Assembly: GCA_963977445.1 (NCBI GenBank)
Contig: CAXBPH010000003.1
Span: forward strand, 6,529 to 70,528
From: an uncultured bacterium
GTDB lineage: Bacteria > Hydrogenedentota > Hydrogenedentia > Hydrogenedentales > JAEUWI01
Direction: 5' to 3'
Length of the DNA: 64,000 bases
Shown: piece by piece, positions 39,539 through 48,740 of the stretch
Numbering within the stretch: position 1 is the first letter of the stretch
Layout: each line of letters begins with the position of its first letter
Made by a program: the position numbers and the translations under genes
The notes under the pieces: model-generated
Seen by the model: the letters and a program-made list of their open reading frames with translations, nothing else
What the model was told of the DNA's origin: nothing
The model's database searches: none

Positions 39539-41461
39539 TTACTTGTCTTCTTCTTCGTCGTCGTCCACCACGGTGAAATCAGCATCAACGGCGTCGCCAT
39601 TGGATTCGTCGTCATCGGCAGGTGCTTCACCACCGGCGGCCGCTGCGGCTGCGGGATCGGCACCGGCATCCTTGTACATGGCTTCGGCAAGCTTATGGGA
39701 GGCCTTGGTCAGGTTTTCTACCGACTGTTCGATGGCGGCGATGTCGTCCCCTTCCAGGGCTTTTTTCAAATCAGCGATGGCCGCTTCGATGCTTTTCTTT
39801 TCGCCTTCGTCGATCTTTTCCGCGTTTTCAGTCAGCAGTTTCTCGGTCTGGTAGATCATGCTGTCTGCATTGTTGCGTACTTCGATTTTCTTCCGGCGAG
39901 ACTTATCTTCATCAGCATGGGTCTCGGCTTCGTTGACCATCTTCTCGATTTCGTCTTCGGAGAGGCCACTGGACGTTTCGACTTTGAGCTTCTGCTCTTT
40001 TCCGGTCGCCAGGTCTTTTGCCGATGCGTGGAAGATACCGTTGGCATCCAGATCAAAGGAAACCTGAATCTGAGGGACCCCACGGGGCGCTGGGGGAATA
40101 CCCATCAGGTCGAAATGCGCGAGAGTCCGGTTGTCGCCGGCCATTTCCCGCTCACCCTGCAGCACGTGAATCGTAACGGCAGTCTGATTATCGGCTGCCG
40201 TGGAGAAAATCTGCTGCTTCGTAACGGGGATCGTCGTATTGCGTTCAATCAGTTTCGTGCAGACGCCGCCTAAGGTCTCAATACCCAGAGAGAGGGGCGT
40301 GACGTCGAGAAGGAGTACATCCTTCACGTCGCCGGACAGCACACCGGCCTGAACCGCGGCACCAATGGCAACCACTTCGTCGGGATTCACGCCACGGTGG
40401 GGCGTCTTTCCGAAGATTTCTTCGACAACCGCGCCAACGGCGGGCATGCGGGTCATACCACCCACAAGAATGACTTCGTTGATTTCGGAAGCCGCAAGAC
40501 CGGCATCTTCCAGAGCGCGGTGGCAAGGATTCTTGCTGCGCTGAAGAAGGTGGTCTGCCAACTGCTCAAACTTGGAGCGGGTCAACGTGTAGTTCAGGTG
40601 CTTGGGACCGGAAGCATCGGCCGTGATGAATGGCAGATTGACGTCGGTCGACATGGCACTGGAAAGCTCGCACTTCGCCTTTTCACCGCCCTCTTTCAAG
40701 CGCTGAAGGGCCATGGGATCTTTACGCAGGTCGATGCCCTGTTCTTTTTGAAATTCTTCGGCCAGCCAATCGATGATTACCTGGTCAAAATCGTCACCAC
40801 CAAGGTGCGTGTCGCCACTGGTGCTGAGCACTTCAAAGCTGTCATCACCGATGGCCAGGATGGATACGTCGAAGGTACCGCCGCCGAGATCGTAGACCGC
40901 TACTTTTTCGTCCCGCTTCTTATCAAGACCATAGGCCAACGCGGCTGCGGTGGGCTCGTTGATAATGCGCAGCACTTCCAGACCAGCGATTTTACCGGCG
41001 TCTTTGGTCGCCTGGCGCTGAGAATCGTTGAAATACGCCGGCACCGTCACCACGGCCTGGGTCACTTCCGTGCCCAGATAGGACTCGGCCGTTTCCTTCA
41101 TCTTCTGCAGAATCATGGCAGAGATTTCAGGGGGACGGTAAGAGTTGCCCATGATTTCGACCTGGCAGTCTCCCGTGGAGGTCTCGCCGATCTTATAGGG
41201 GACGATTTTTTCTTCAGTGGAGACTTCGTCGTGACGACGTCCCATGAAGCGCTTGATTGAAAAGATGGTGTTGGTCGGGTTGGTCACGGCCTGACGCTTG
41301 GCGACAGCGCCGATAAGGCGTTCCCCGTCCTTGTTGAAGGCCACCACGGATGGAGTCGTGCGGTTACCTTCGGCATTGGCTATGACCACAGGTTCGCCGC
41401 CCTCCATGACAGCAACGCAGGAGTTGGTGGTGCCCAGGTCAATTCCAATTACTTTGCCCAT
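39539..41461 (-). CDS. dnaK: Chaperone DnaK (Hsp70)
   Basis: [18 protein letters not shown]..., [10 protein letters not shown] and the EEVD-like acidic C-terminus. Confidence 0.95.
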   Translation of the reverse strand: MGKVIGIDLGTTNSCVAVMEGGEPVVIANAEGNRTTPSVVAFNKDGERLIGAVAKRQAVTNPTNTIFSIKRFMGRRHDEVSTEEKIVPYKIGETSTGDCQVEIMGNSYRPPEISAMILQKMKETAESYLGTEVTQAVVTVPAYFNDSQRQATKDAGKIAGLEVLRIINEPTAAALAYGLDKKRDEKVAVYDLGGGTFDVSILAIGDDSFEVLSTSGDTHLGGDDFDQVIIDWLAEEFQKEQGIDLRKDPMALQRLKEGGEKAKCELSSAMSTDVNLPFITADASGPKHLNYTLTRSKFEQLADHLLQRSKNPCHRALEDAGLAASEINEVILVGGMTRMPAVGAVVEEIFGKTPHRGVNPDEVVAIGAAVQAGVLSGDVKDVLLLDVTPLSLGIETLGGVCTKLIERNTTIPVTKQQIFSTAADNQTAVTIHVLQGEREMAGDNRTLAHFDLMGIPPAPRGVPQIQVSFDLDANGIFHASAKDLATGKEQKLKVETSSGLSEDEIEKMVNEAETHADEDKSRRKKIEVRNNADSMIYQTEKLLTENAEKIDEGEKKSIEAAIADLKKALEGDDIAAIEQSVENLTKASHKLAEAMYKDAGADPAAAAAAGGEAPADDDESNGDAVDADFTVVDDDEEEDK

Positions 41462-41572
41462 TGTATTTATTCCTCCTGATAGTACAACCCGACGGGGGCT
41501 GCCTGGCTCGTGGTATGAACGACGCTCCGCTCGGGAAGCGATGTGTAACGGTATAACTTCAGTTCGTCAGTT

Positions 41573-42268
41573 TTATTCGGCAGTATCGGAAGCCGGGGCC
41601 TCCGTTGATGTTGTTTCTTCGGCAACGTTGCCATCTTTCGTGGCGGCAGGTCCGCTGCTCACGACCACCTGGGCCGGTCGCAGGACGAAGTCACCCAGGC
41701 GATAGCCCCGCTGAAATTCTTCCATGACCGTGTCGGCTGGAAATTCATCCGACGGCTGGTGGGTCAGGGCTTCGTGTATGTTGGGGTCGAAGGGTTCACC
41801 CTTGGCGGGTATGGGCTCCAGCCCCTTGCCGCTCAATATGTCGGAAAATTGGCGTACCACCATCTCCACACCCAGCGCCAAACCGTCACTCTTGTCTTCC
41901 ACGTGGCTCAGGGCACGTTCCAGATTGTCGACAATGGGGAGCAGGTCACGCAACAGACCTTCGGCGGCCGTCTTGCGAATTCGCTCGCTCTCCCGCGCCA
42001 TACGTTTCCGATAGTTATCGAATTCCGCACGGGCACGAAGGGCCTGATCCTTGAGCTCATCGCGCTCGGCCCGCAGGGCAGCATTTTCGGCCTCCAACGG
42101 ATCGACATCAGCGTCGTCGTCGCTCAATTCCATATCGGGAAGGGCGTCACCATCTTCGGGCATTACGCCTTCCGCTGTGGACACATTATCTTCGTCCACC
42201 GCACTTCCTTCGATTATTTCGACCTCTTCGTTCACCTGAACCTCTTCTTTATGATTGTTTTTTTTCAT
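41573..42268 (-). CDS. grpE: Nucleotide exchange factor GrpE
   Basis: Coiled-coil N-terminus and the RAEFDNYRKR...LLPIVDNLERAL GrpE motifs. Confidence 0.85.
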   Translation of the reverse strand: MKKNNHKEEVQVNEEVEIIEGSAVDEDNVSTAEGVMPEDGDALPDMELSDDDADVDPLEAENAALRAERDELKDQALRARAEFDNYRKRMARESERIRKTAAEGLLRDLLPIVDNLERALSHVEDKSDGLALGVEMVVRQFSDILSGKGLEPIPAKGEPFDPNIHEALTHQPSDEFPADTVMEEFQRGYRLGDFVLRPAQVVVSSGPAATKDGNVAEETTSTEAPASDTAE

Positions 42269-42352
42269 AGTTAGTCGTACTTCTATAAGTCAGATTGAAT
42301 TGGCACTGCAAACGCCGTTTGGGGGCATAGGCTATGCGGCCCCGGTTGGGGT

Positions 42353-43405
42353 CTAGCGTGCCAGACGCGTCAGCATCCGGCTAACCATGCCTGCCGTATA
42401 GTCCACGATTGAGGTCAATCGCGAATAGGGCATACGCCGGGGACCGAGTATCCCAATCATGCCAATGGGCTCATCTTTGCAATAGTAAGGCGAGGCCACT
42501 ACGCTGATATCTTCCAGTCCTTTGGACCCATCGATTCGTCCGATGTGAATTGAACAGCTGATTCGTTTCTCATCGAGGAGTGCGTTCCTCAACATATCTG
42601 TCAGGACCGTTCGCTCTTCAAACAGGTCGAAGACCTCACGGGCACGATCCACACCCTGAAACTCAGGCTGGGCAAACAAGTGTCCTGCACCTTCCAGAAA
42701 CAATTGCGTCCGGCCGTGCTGTGGTGCCAGACCCAAGAGGCGTAAGGCCAGTTCAGCCGTCTTCCGACGCTCATCCAGGAAAGTCTTCAGCCGTTCTTCA
42801 ATGGCCTGGCTCAGACCGTCCAGTCGAACGCGATATAGATGGTCATTTAAGAACTGGCTGAGCGACTGCAACTGCTCCGGCCCGACCGTTTCATTCAGAT
42901 TCACGGTCTGCGTCCGCACCCGACCGTAGTTATCTACGATCAGCATAACCACCCGATGGGGCCCGACCGCCATTACCTCGATACGATTTACATAGGCATG
43001 TGAATCGCCCGGCGCTTCGGCCAAACCCGCCTGATTGGATATGAGCGCCAGCAATTGGCTGGTGTGCTGCAGCACCTCATCGGCATCATTCAATTTTTCG
43101 GTGAACTCATGCTCGATACGATTGCGCTCACGCAAGGTAAGCTCCTGCACGTGCATGAGGTAGTTCACATAATAGCGGTAGCCGGCATCCGTTGGAATAC
43201 GGCCAGAGCTGGTATGAATCTGCTGGAGAAAGCCCATCTCTTCGAGGTCGGCCATTACATTGCGCACGGTCGCGGGGCTTAACCCCAACTCGAAACGTTT
43301 AACGACAGAACGAGAACCCACCGGATCCGCCGTGGTAATGTAACTATTTACTACCGCTTGGAGGATTCGTTGTTCACGTTCGTTAAGATCACGGGCATCC
43401 GTCAT
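42353..43405 (-). CDS. hrcA: Heat-inducible transcription repressor HrcA
   Basis: LNEREQRILQAVVNSYITTADPVGSRSV winged-HTH N-terminus. First gene of the hrcA-grpE-dnaK-dnaJ order. ATG at 43405; ORF track uses an upstream GTG. Confidence 0.85.
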   Translation of the reverse strand: MTDARDLNEREQRILQAVVNSYITTADPVGSRSVVKRFELGLSPATVRNVMADLEEMGFLQQIHTSSGRIPTDAGYRYYVNYLMHVQELTLRERNRIEHEFTEKLNDADEVLQHTSQLLALISNQAGLAEAPGDSHAYVNRIEVMAVGPHRVVMLIVDNYGRVRTQTVNLNETVGPEQLQSLSQFLNDHLYRVRLDGLSQAIEERLKTFLDERRKTAELALRLLGLAPQHGRTQLFLEGAGHLFAQPEFQGVDRAREVFDLFEERTVLTDMLRNALLDEKRISCSIHIGRIDGSKGLEDISVVASPYYCKDEPIGMIGILGPRRMPYSRLTSIVDYTAGMVSRMLTRLAR

Positions 43406-43423
43406 GGGCTTGCATCCACACAC

Positions 43424-43450
43424 TTAGCACTCAGCCAGCGGGAGTGCTAA
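43424..43450. promoter_or_regulatory. CIRCE operator (HrcA binding site) TTAGCACTC-N9-GAGTGCTAA
   Basis: Perfect match to the CIRCE consensus. It lies 19 nt upstream of the hrcA start and just downstream of the putative -10. Confidence 0.85.
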
Positions 43451-43461
43451 CAGGTGCCCAA

Positions 43462-43490
43462 AGTCTAACACACCCATGGGGTCGTGTCAA
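43462..43490 (-). promoter_or_regulatory. Putative sigma-70-type promoter of the hrcA operon (-35 TTGACA, 16 nt, -10 TTAGACT)
   Basis: Read on the minus strand: TTGACA (43485-43490) and TAGACT (43462-43467), immediately upstream of CIRCE. Confidence 0.4.
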
Positions 43491-43620
43491 GTTGGCGACC
43501 GTTGCAAGTACCATGCCCCGAAGTATATAACGGGGCCGTACCCGTGGTGTCCTTGTTGTATCGCGCCGCTGGGTAAATTCGAATTTCAGGAAGGGTTGCG
43601 GAGTGAATGACGTAGGAGCC

Positions 43621-44754
43621 ATGCAGAAATCAATGGGGGTCACCGGTTCCCCCCGCGACACGATATTGACCCTTCTCGAGATCATCGATGTGCAGGAAAA
43701 TGGCGACCGACCCTGGGACATACAAATCAAGCAACCCACGGCATACCAACGTTTTATGAGCGAAGGACGCCTCGGTCTCGGCGAAGCCTATATGGATGGC
43801 GACTGGGATTGTGACGATCTCGCCGAATTCTTCCATCGCATCCTTTCTGCCAATTTCACCGACCGGGTGGACTGGTGGCGCATGATTATCCCGTATCTCC
43901 GGGCCCGACTCCTCAATCTCCAGAGTGTACACCGCTCGCGGGAAGTTGCGGAGCGCCATTATGATCTCGGCAATGGCTTGTATGAAAAAATGCTCGACAA
44001 GCGCATGGTATATTCCTGTGGTTACTGGAAAGATGCGACCGACCTGGAAACGGCCCAGGAACACAAGCTCGACCTGGTTTGTCGTAAACTTGGGCTAAAA
44101 CCCGGCATGAAAGTCCTCGATGTGGGCTGTGGCTGGGGCTCCTTTGCCCGGTTCGCCGCCGAGCGCTATGGCGTTGAGGTCGAGGGCATCACTATCTCGA
44201 AGGAGCAGTTGAGCCTGGCCAGGGAACATTGTGCCGGCCTCCCGGTCAACCTCCATCTCAAAGATTACCGCGATCTGACGGGCCAGTGGGACCGGGTGGT
44301 CTCCATCGGCATGCTGGAGCACGTCGGCCGAAAGAACTACGATGGATTCATGACCCAACTGCGCGATTGGCTCACCCCGGATGGCCTGGCCCTCGTCCAC
44401 ACCATCGTGGGGCGCTATCCCGTGCGGCGGAGCGACCCATGGATTACGAAATACATCTTCCCCGGTGGCATGTTGCCCACGCCCGGTCAATTGGGCGCAT
44501 CCTTCGAGGGCAAACTGGTCCTGGAAGACCTTCACAATATCGGCGCGGATTATGACAAGACGATCATGGCGTGGTGGGCCAATTTTGAGAAGGCCTGGCC
44601 CGAATTGGAGGCGGAATATGGGGAGCGTTTCTATCGGATGTGGCGCTACTACCACCACTACTGTGCCGGCTCCTTTCGCGCACGGTACAATCACGTGTTT
44701 CAAATGGTTTTGTCGCGACACGGCGTGCCCGGTGGTTATGAAGCCGTTCGATAG
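43621..44754 (+). CDS. cfa: Cyclopropane-fatty-acyl-phospholipid synthase
   Basis: HYDLGNGLYEKMLD, the VLDVGCGWG SAM-binding motif and C-terminal YYHHYCAGSF. The start is ambiguous (GTG 43603, ATG 43621 or ATG 43633). Confidence 0.85.
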   Translation: MQKSMGVTGSPRDTILTLLEIIDVQENGDRPWDIQIKQPTAYQRFMSEGRLGLGEAYMDGDWDCDDLAEFFHRILSANFTDRVDWWRMIIPYLRARLLNLQSVHRSREVAERHYDLGNGLYEKMLDKRMVYSCGYWKDATDLETAQEHKLDLVCRKLGLKPGMKVLDVGCGWGSFARFAAERYGVEVEGITISKEQLSLAREHCAGLPVNLHLKDYRDLTGQWDRVVSIGMLEHVGRKNYDGFMTQLRDWLTPDGLALVHTIVGRYPVRRSDPWITKYIFPGGMLPTPGQLGASFEGKLVLEDLHNIGADYDKTIMAWWANFEKAWPELEAEYGERFYRMWRYYHHYCAGSFRARYNHVFQMVLSRHGVPGGYEAVR

Positions 44755-44824
44755 CAGCCCGTGGCCCCCACGGATTGCCCACCACCAATCCAATTCCATC
44801 TAACCGAAGCAGGAGACGACCGGA

Positions 44825-45925
44825 GTGCGAGTCCTCTTCAATGCCATGCAGGCAGGCAACCAGAGCGGCACCGGGCGCTATGTGGAGGAACTCCTCCCTG
44901 CCCTCGCGGCCCTGGAGGATGCGCCCGAGTTCACGGTCGTCTGGCCGGAAGACGTGCCCCTGCCCGCAGGAAGCGACCGGCTGGAAATACGCCTCCAGCC
45001 CCGGGGACTGCGCCACCGTTTGGCCCTGGAGCGACGTCTTTACACGATGGCGGGGCAATTTGATGTCGTCCACTACCCCGCGACCATCGGCCCCCTGTGG
45101 CGCAAACCCAACCTGGTCATCACGGTACACGATTGTATTTTTCTCCACCACCCCGAGTGGTTCCGCAGAGAACGGGCTCTCTATTATCGATGGGCCGGAG
45201 CCTGGAGCATAGGGCGGGCCGCCCACCTTATTGCAGATTCAACGCATACCGCCCGGGATCTGGAGGCTTGGCTGTCCCCTCCCCCACCGAATATCACCAC
45301 CATTCCCCTGGGCGTAAGCGAGTCCTTTCGGCCGCAGGGCGCGGATGCTGTGGAGCGCGTCCGGAAACGCTATCAACTTCCTGAACGCTTCTTCCTCTAC
45401 GTCGGCACCCTCGAACCCCGCAAAAATCTTGCCCGTATCGTCCGCGCCTGGGATCAGGTTGCCGCCACCCTGCCCGAAGACCTGGTTATCGCGGGGCGGA
45501 TCGGTTGGAAAACCGGCGAACTGGAGGGAGCCATAGCCGCTGCGACGCACCAGGACCGCATCCACTGCCCCGGCTTCATTGAGTCCTCCGACCTGCCCGC
45601 GCTACTCTCCGCCGCCCACGCCTTCGTCTGGCCCAGCCTCTACGAAGGCTTCGGCCTGCCCGTGCTGGAGGCCATGGCCTGCGGCACCCCGGTCATCACC
45701 GCCAACACCACGAGCCTCCTGGAAATTGCAGACGGCGCGGCTCTCACTGTAGATCCTCGGGATGAAGGAGCCCTCGCCCGGGCGTTAACCCAAATCTCGA
45801 CGGATGGGGACCTTCACCGCACACTCGGAACGGCGGGACGTAAACGGGCTGATGAATTCACCTGGCAGCGTTGTGCCCAGGAAACCCGGGCGGTCTATGC
45901 CACGGTGGCCAACGCCCGCATCTGA
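44825..45925 (+). CDS. Glycosyltransferase family 4
   Basis: EGFGLPVLEAMACGTPVI GT4 motif. GTG start with AGGAG 9 nt upstream. Confidence 0.8.
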   Translation: MRVLFNAMQAGNQSGTGRYVEELLPALAALEDAPEFTVVWPEDVPLPAGSDRLEIRLQPRGLRHRLALERRLYTMAGQFDVVHYPATIGPLWRKPNLVITVHDCIFLHHPEWFRRERALYYRWAGAWSIGRAAHLIADSTHTARDLEAWLSPPPPNITTIPLGVSESFRPQGADAVERVRKRYQLPERFFLYVGTLEPRKNLARIVRAWDQVAATLPEDLVIAGRIGWKTGELEGAIAAATHQDRIHCPGFIESSDLPALLSAAHAFVWPSLYEGFGLPVLEAMACGTPVITANTTSLLEIADGAALTVDPRDEGALARALTQISTDGDLHRTLGTAGRKRADEFTWQRCAQETRAVYATVANARI

Positions 45926-46149
45926 GCCCCACACGGGCCATCCGGAGCCCTTGGGCGGACCCCAAGTCGTCCTGCATGCCGCCAACGTGGGATATCTACA
46001 GAAGAAACGAATCCCGGCCTATCACAGATTTTTTGCCGCAAGAGAACGCAAAGAGCGCAAAGGATTCACTTCTTTGCGATCGCTTGCGGCCAATACCATT
46101 GTCCCTGCGTTTATAATCGCCAAGGGTGTCGGCTTCAACGGTATTAGTC

Positions 46150-46199
46150 CATGAACCCCAAAAAAAAACGACGCGCTTCGGAGGGCCAAGGCTCTCACA
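46150..46199 (-). terminator. Rho-independent terminator of the repeat-protein gene
   Basis: 10-bp stem CGACGCGCTT / AAGCGCGTCG with a 20-nt loop. On the minus strand it is followed by T9 (the plus strand shows A9 at 46150-46158). Confidence 0.5.
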
Positions 46200-46233
46200 A
46201 AGCGCGTCGTAGAATTACGAACCGATATTGAAA

Positions 46234-47043
46234 TTAGACGGCGTCGGAAACGATTTTCTTTCCGGTAACCGGGCAAACTTTGGCTTCACCTTCGGAAGAA
46301 GCGGCTTTGGCCTTGTCACACTCAGACTTGGCTTTGTCGCAGGTCTTGGCTTCGCCTTCGGAAGAAGCAGCCTTGGCCTTGTCACACTCAGCTTTCGCTT
46401 TGTCACAAGTCTTGGCTTCACCTTCGGAAGAAGCAGCCTTGGCCTTGTCACAAGCGGACTTGGGGCATTCGCCTTCAGAGGAAGCAGCCTTCGCTTTGTC
46501 ACAGGTCTTGGCTTCACCTTCAGAAGAAGCGGCTTTGGCCTTGTCACACTCAGACGTGGCTTTGTCACAGGTCTTGGCTTCGCCTTCGGAAGAAGCAGCC
46601 TTGGCCTTGTCACAGGTCTTGGCTTCACCTTCGGAAGAAGCGGCCTTCGCTTTATCGCACTGCTTCGCTTCACCTTCGGAGGAAGCAGCCTTGGCTACCT
46701 TCGTCTTGCAGCAGCTGGACGCTTCACCTTCAGAGGAAGCCGCCAACGCCTTATCGAAGGTCGCCTGCCGGTCGGCGATCAGCTTGGCTTTCTTTTCGCA
46801 TGGCTGAAAGGCATCTTCATTCGCTGCGGAAACCGTCTGCATGCCGAAGAAGGAGGCAACACTGTTCTTAGCACTCGTGATGGCGCAGGAACCTGATGCT
46901 CCGTTGTTCGCAACAACGCCAGCAGTCGCCACGCCGGATACGACGACCATAGCAGCAACGAAGGATGCCCATTTGCCTTTGTTACGTTTCGGTGCTTGAG
47001 CCGTTTCTTCGGTCACAAGCTCTTCCTGATGTTCTTCGTTCAT
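46234..47043 (-). CDS. Single-pass membrane protein with ~10 tandem 15-aa Cys/Lys/Ala-rich repeats (CDKAKAASSEGEAKT), function unknown
   Basis: Short cytoplasmic N-terminus, TM helix WASFVAAMVVVSGVATAGVVA, then the repeat array with ~17 Cys including C-x6-C and C-x4-C pairs. C-terminus VCPVTGKKIVSDAV. ATG at 47043 has GGAG 9 nt upstream. Shadow ORFs exist in the other frames. Confidence 0.55.
   Translation of the reverse strand: MNEEHQEELVTEETAQAPKRNKGKWASFVAAMVVVSGVATAGVVANNGASGSCAITSAKNSVASFFGMQTVSAANEDAFQPCEKKAKLIADRQATFDKALAASSEGEASSCCKTKVAKAASSEGEAKQCDKAKAASSEGEAKTCDKAKAASSEGEAKTCDKATSECDKAKAASSEGEAKTCDKAKAASSEGECPKSACDKAKAASSEGEAKTCDKAKAECDKAKAASSEGEAKTCDKAKSECDKAKAASSEGEAKVCPVTGKKIVSDAV
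46270..46745. repeat. ~10 tandem copies of a 45-bp coding repeat (with 12-21-bp insert variants)
   Basis: Near-identical units GCTTCACCTTCGGAAGAAGCGGCTTTGGCCTTGTCACA... are visible directly. The repeat is continuous and in frame, so it is not spacer/repeat organised like a CRISPR array. Confidence 0.8.
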
Positions 47044-47562
47044 TGAATATTGCTCCACAAGTGTTTAAATAAGTTACCCATGCAATCTACACGATAAACA
47101 TAGATTCAAAATTGACCCGATTTCATGTCAAAACCTGGAATTATTCGTAGGGTTCAGCATAACAAAAACTCCGCCACTTCGCAATCCTGTCGAAGCGCGC
47201 ATTTCCACGAACCCGAAAGAAATGAAAACAACCTAACCATCTCAATTTAAAGGCGTTACATAAAGTGTGTCTTTAACCCACAATCGCTGGAACGGCTACG
47301 TCGTCAGCTCACCAAGTTTCAATGCAGTGCAATTTGTCCGAAAAATCGCTGAAAACAGGTTGGTTGGCCGAGAACATTCATGAAATAACTGCCCCATAGG
47401 CCATGCCCCCACGAAGCCCCGACTCAACCGGTATTTTGCCGACTTCCGACGATGTTGCCGATGTTTTTGAGGAAGTGGTGGCGGAGTCTTGTGCGGGTGT
47501 CTTGGTGGCTTGGGTCGTTGTCGGTCATCGTCGGCTGCCTTTTAAGATTGCCGAAAAGGGGC

Positions 47563-47766
47563 CTACTCTGCGGGATGCGCAGCCGTGATCGCGACGGGCT
47601 CCGAGGCCTCGCGGCTCTTGCGCATGAGTTCCTGGTCGATCATGCCAAGTTCGGCGGCCAAACCGGCTGCGGCTACGGACAGGCAGGTTTCTTCCACTTC
47701 CGCCGCGTGGCGCATCCATTCGGGAAAAGGAAACGCATCACTTGTGCTATTCATATCCATGGTCAT
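47563..47766 (-). CDS. Small hypothetical protein (67 aa); its start overlaps the stop of the upstream GNAT-like gene by 4 nt
   Basis: ORF only. No motif recognised. The overlap suggests translational coupling. Confidence 0.3.
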   Translation of the reverse strand: MTMDMNSTSDAFPFPEWMRHAAEVEETCLSVAAAGLAAELGMIDQELMRKSREASEPVAITAAHPAE

Positions 47767-48329
47767 AGGTGCCTTTCCAGAATTCTCTCTGCATTGTCGC
47801 GCGAAAGTTCAAAGTACGTCAAGTTTTCGAAATCCACGTCAGGGCCCAACGGTGTCATCCAACACGCCCCTCCGTAGAAGGGTACGGACTGCGGCAAGGC
47901 ATGTAGGCCCACTCGACCTCCAAAGCCTTCGTCCCAGCTTTGCCGGACGGCGCGCTCGAACAGGTGGGGACCAATCAGGCCGTATTTTCGCGTTTGCCCG
48001 ATACCTGGAATGGTCCAGTTCCAAGGGGCGACTTCCAGGAAGTCTATATATACCAGCGGCTTGCCATGATCTTCGCCGAGTTGGGAGAAATGTGTCCCAG
48101 ACTTGGTCAGCATGGCACCCTGCCATTCGTCGTCACAGACCACGGCGAATCCAGATGCAGGAACCAGGCGCAGGTGCTGCGCCTTGGCCCGCCAGTTCCA
48201 GTTGAGGCTCTGGGGTCGCTCGGAATAGGGAAGACCCGCGCGGGCTATTTCGAGAAGGATGCGGGAGCGTTCTGGAGTCCACACCGATTCCAGTGTCAGC
48301 AGGTCTTCAGGCGCGACGAGGAGGGCCAA
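47763..48329 (-). CDS. GNAT-fold acyltransferase-like protein (tentative)
   Basis: 188 aa. VYIDFLEVAPWNW and EGFGGRVGLHAL weakly resemble GNAT motif regions. It sits between the low-GC acpS and the small ORF. Confidence 0.4.
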   Translation of the reverse strand: MALLVAPEDLLTLESVWTPERSRILLEIARAGLPYSERPQSLNWNWRAKAQHLRLVPASGFAVVCDDEWQGAMLTKSGTHFSQLGEDHGKPLVYIDFLEVAPWNWTIPGIGQTRKYGLIGPHLFERAVRQSWDEGFGGRVGLHALPQSVPFYGGACWMTPLGPDVDFENLTYFELSRDNAERILERHL

Positions 48330-48348
48330 GCTGTTCTGCCTTCACGGC

Positions 48349-48732
48349 CTACTCACCCGTTGCGATGGCACTGGCGAAAGCGATTCCGCTCGAATAGCTA
48401 ATACTCACATGCCAATCTAAGATACCGAGCTCATCAGAAAACTTTGCCACGTCATGATTTAGCCTTACATATGGAGCCCCGTTCTTCCCCCGAAGAATTT
48501 CTATTCCATGCCACGTTATTTTTCCAGAAAACCCAGTACCAAGAGCCTTTGCGATGGCCTCCTTTGCGGCGTATCTACCTGCATAGTAACGATAGTGGGC
48601 TGGGGGAGGGTCGGCGGCTTCTCGCTCGTCTATTGAGCAAAAGCAATTGACCCAGCTATTCGTACCTGAGTCAATTTCATTTCTTATACGTTGAATTCTT
48701 TCAATATCGATTCCGTGACCAATGATTCGCAT
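48349..48732 (-). CDS. acpS: Holo-[acyl-carrier-protein] synthase (4-prime-phosphopantetheinyl transferase, AcpS type), low GC and probably island-borne
   Basis: MRIIGHGIDIERIQRI...YAAKEAIAKALGTG...WHVSISYSSGIAFASAIA aligns along its whole length with the AcpS family. The gene is ~40-50% GC in a ~60% GC genome. Confidence 0.85.
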   Translation of the reverse strand: MRIIGHGIDIERIQRIRNEIDSGTNSWVNCFCSIDEREAADPPPAHYRYYAGRYAAKEAIAKALGTGFSGKITWHGIEILRGKNGAPYVRLNHDVAKFSDELGILDWHVSISYSSGIAFASAIATGE

Positions 48733-48740
48733 GCATCCCC

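Noticed and set aside
45985-46140. Possible tRNA or small-RNA gene between the GT4 gene and the repeat-protein terminator
   Set aside because: I could not fold a cloverleaf, and there are no conserved T-loop GTTC or D-loop motifs.
46022-46276. 84-aa minus-strand ORF downstream of the GT4 gene
   Set aside because: It overlaps the terminator hairpin of the repeat-protein gene and has no RBS. It is likely noncoding.
46270-46745. Possible CRISPR array
   Set aside because: The repeats are contiguous 45-bp units without unique spacers and lie within a coding frame. There are no cas genes.
46215-46896. Alternative-frame ORFs across the 45-bp repeat array (46215..46673 minus, 46228..46896 and 46280..46807 plus)
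   Set aside because: Any periodic in-frame repeat is open in several frames. Only the 46234..47043 frame has a plausible N-terminus with a TM helix, an RBS and a terminator. This is a residual uncertainty.
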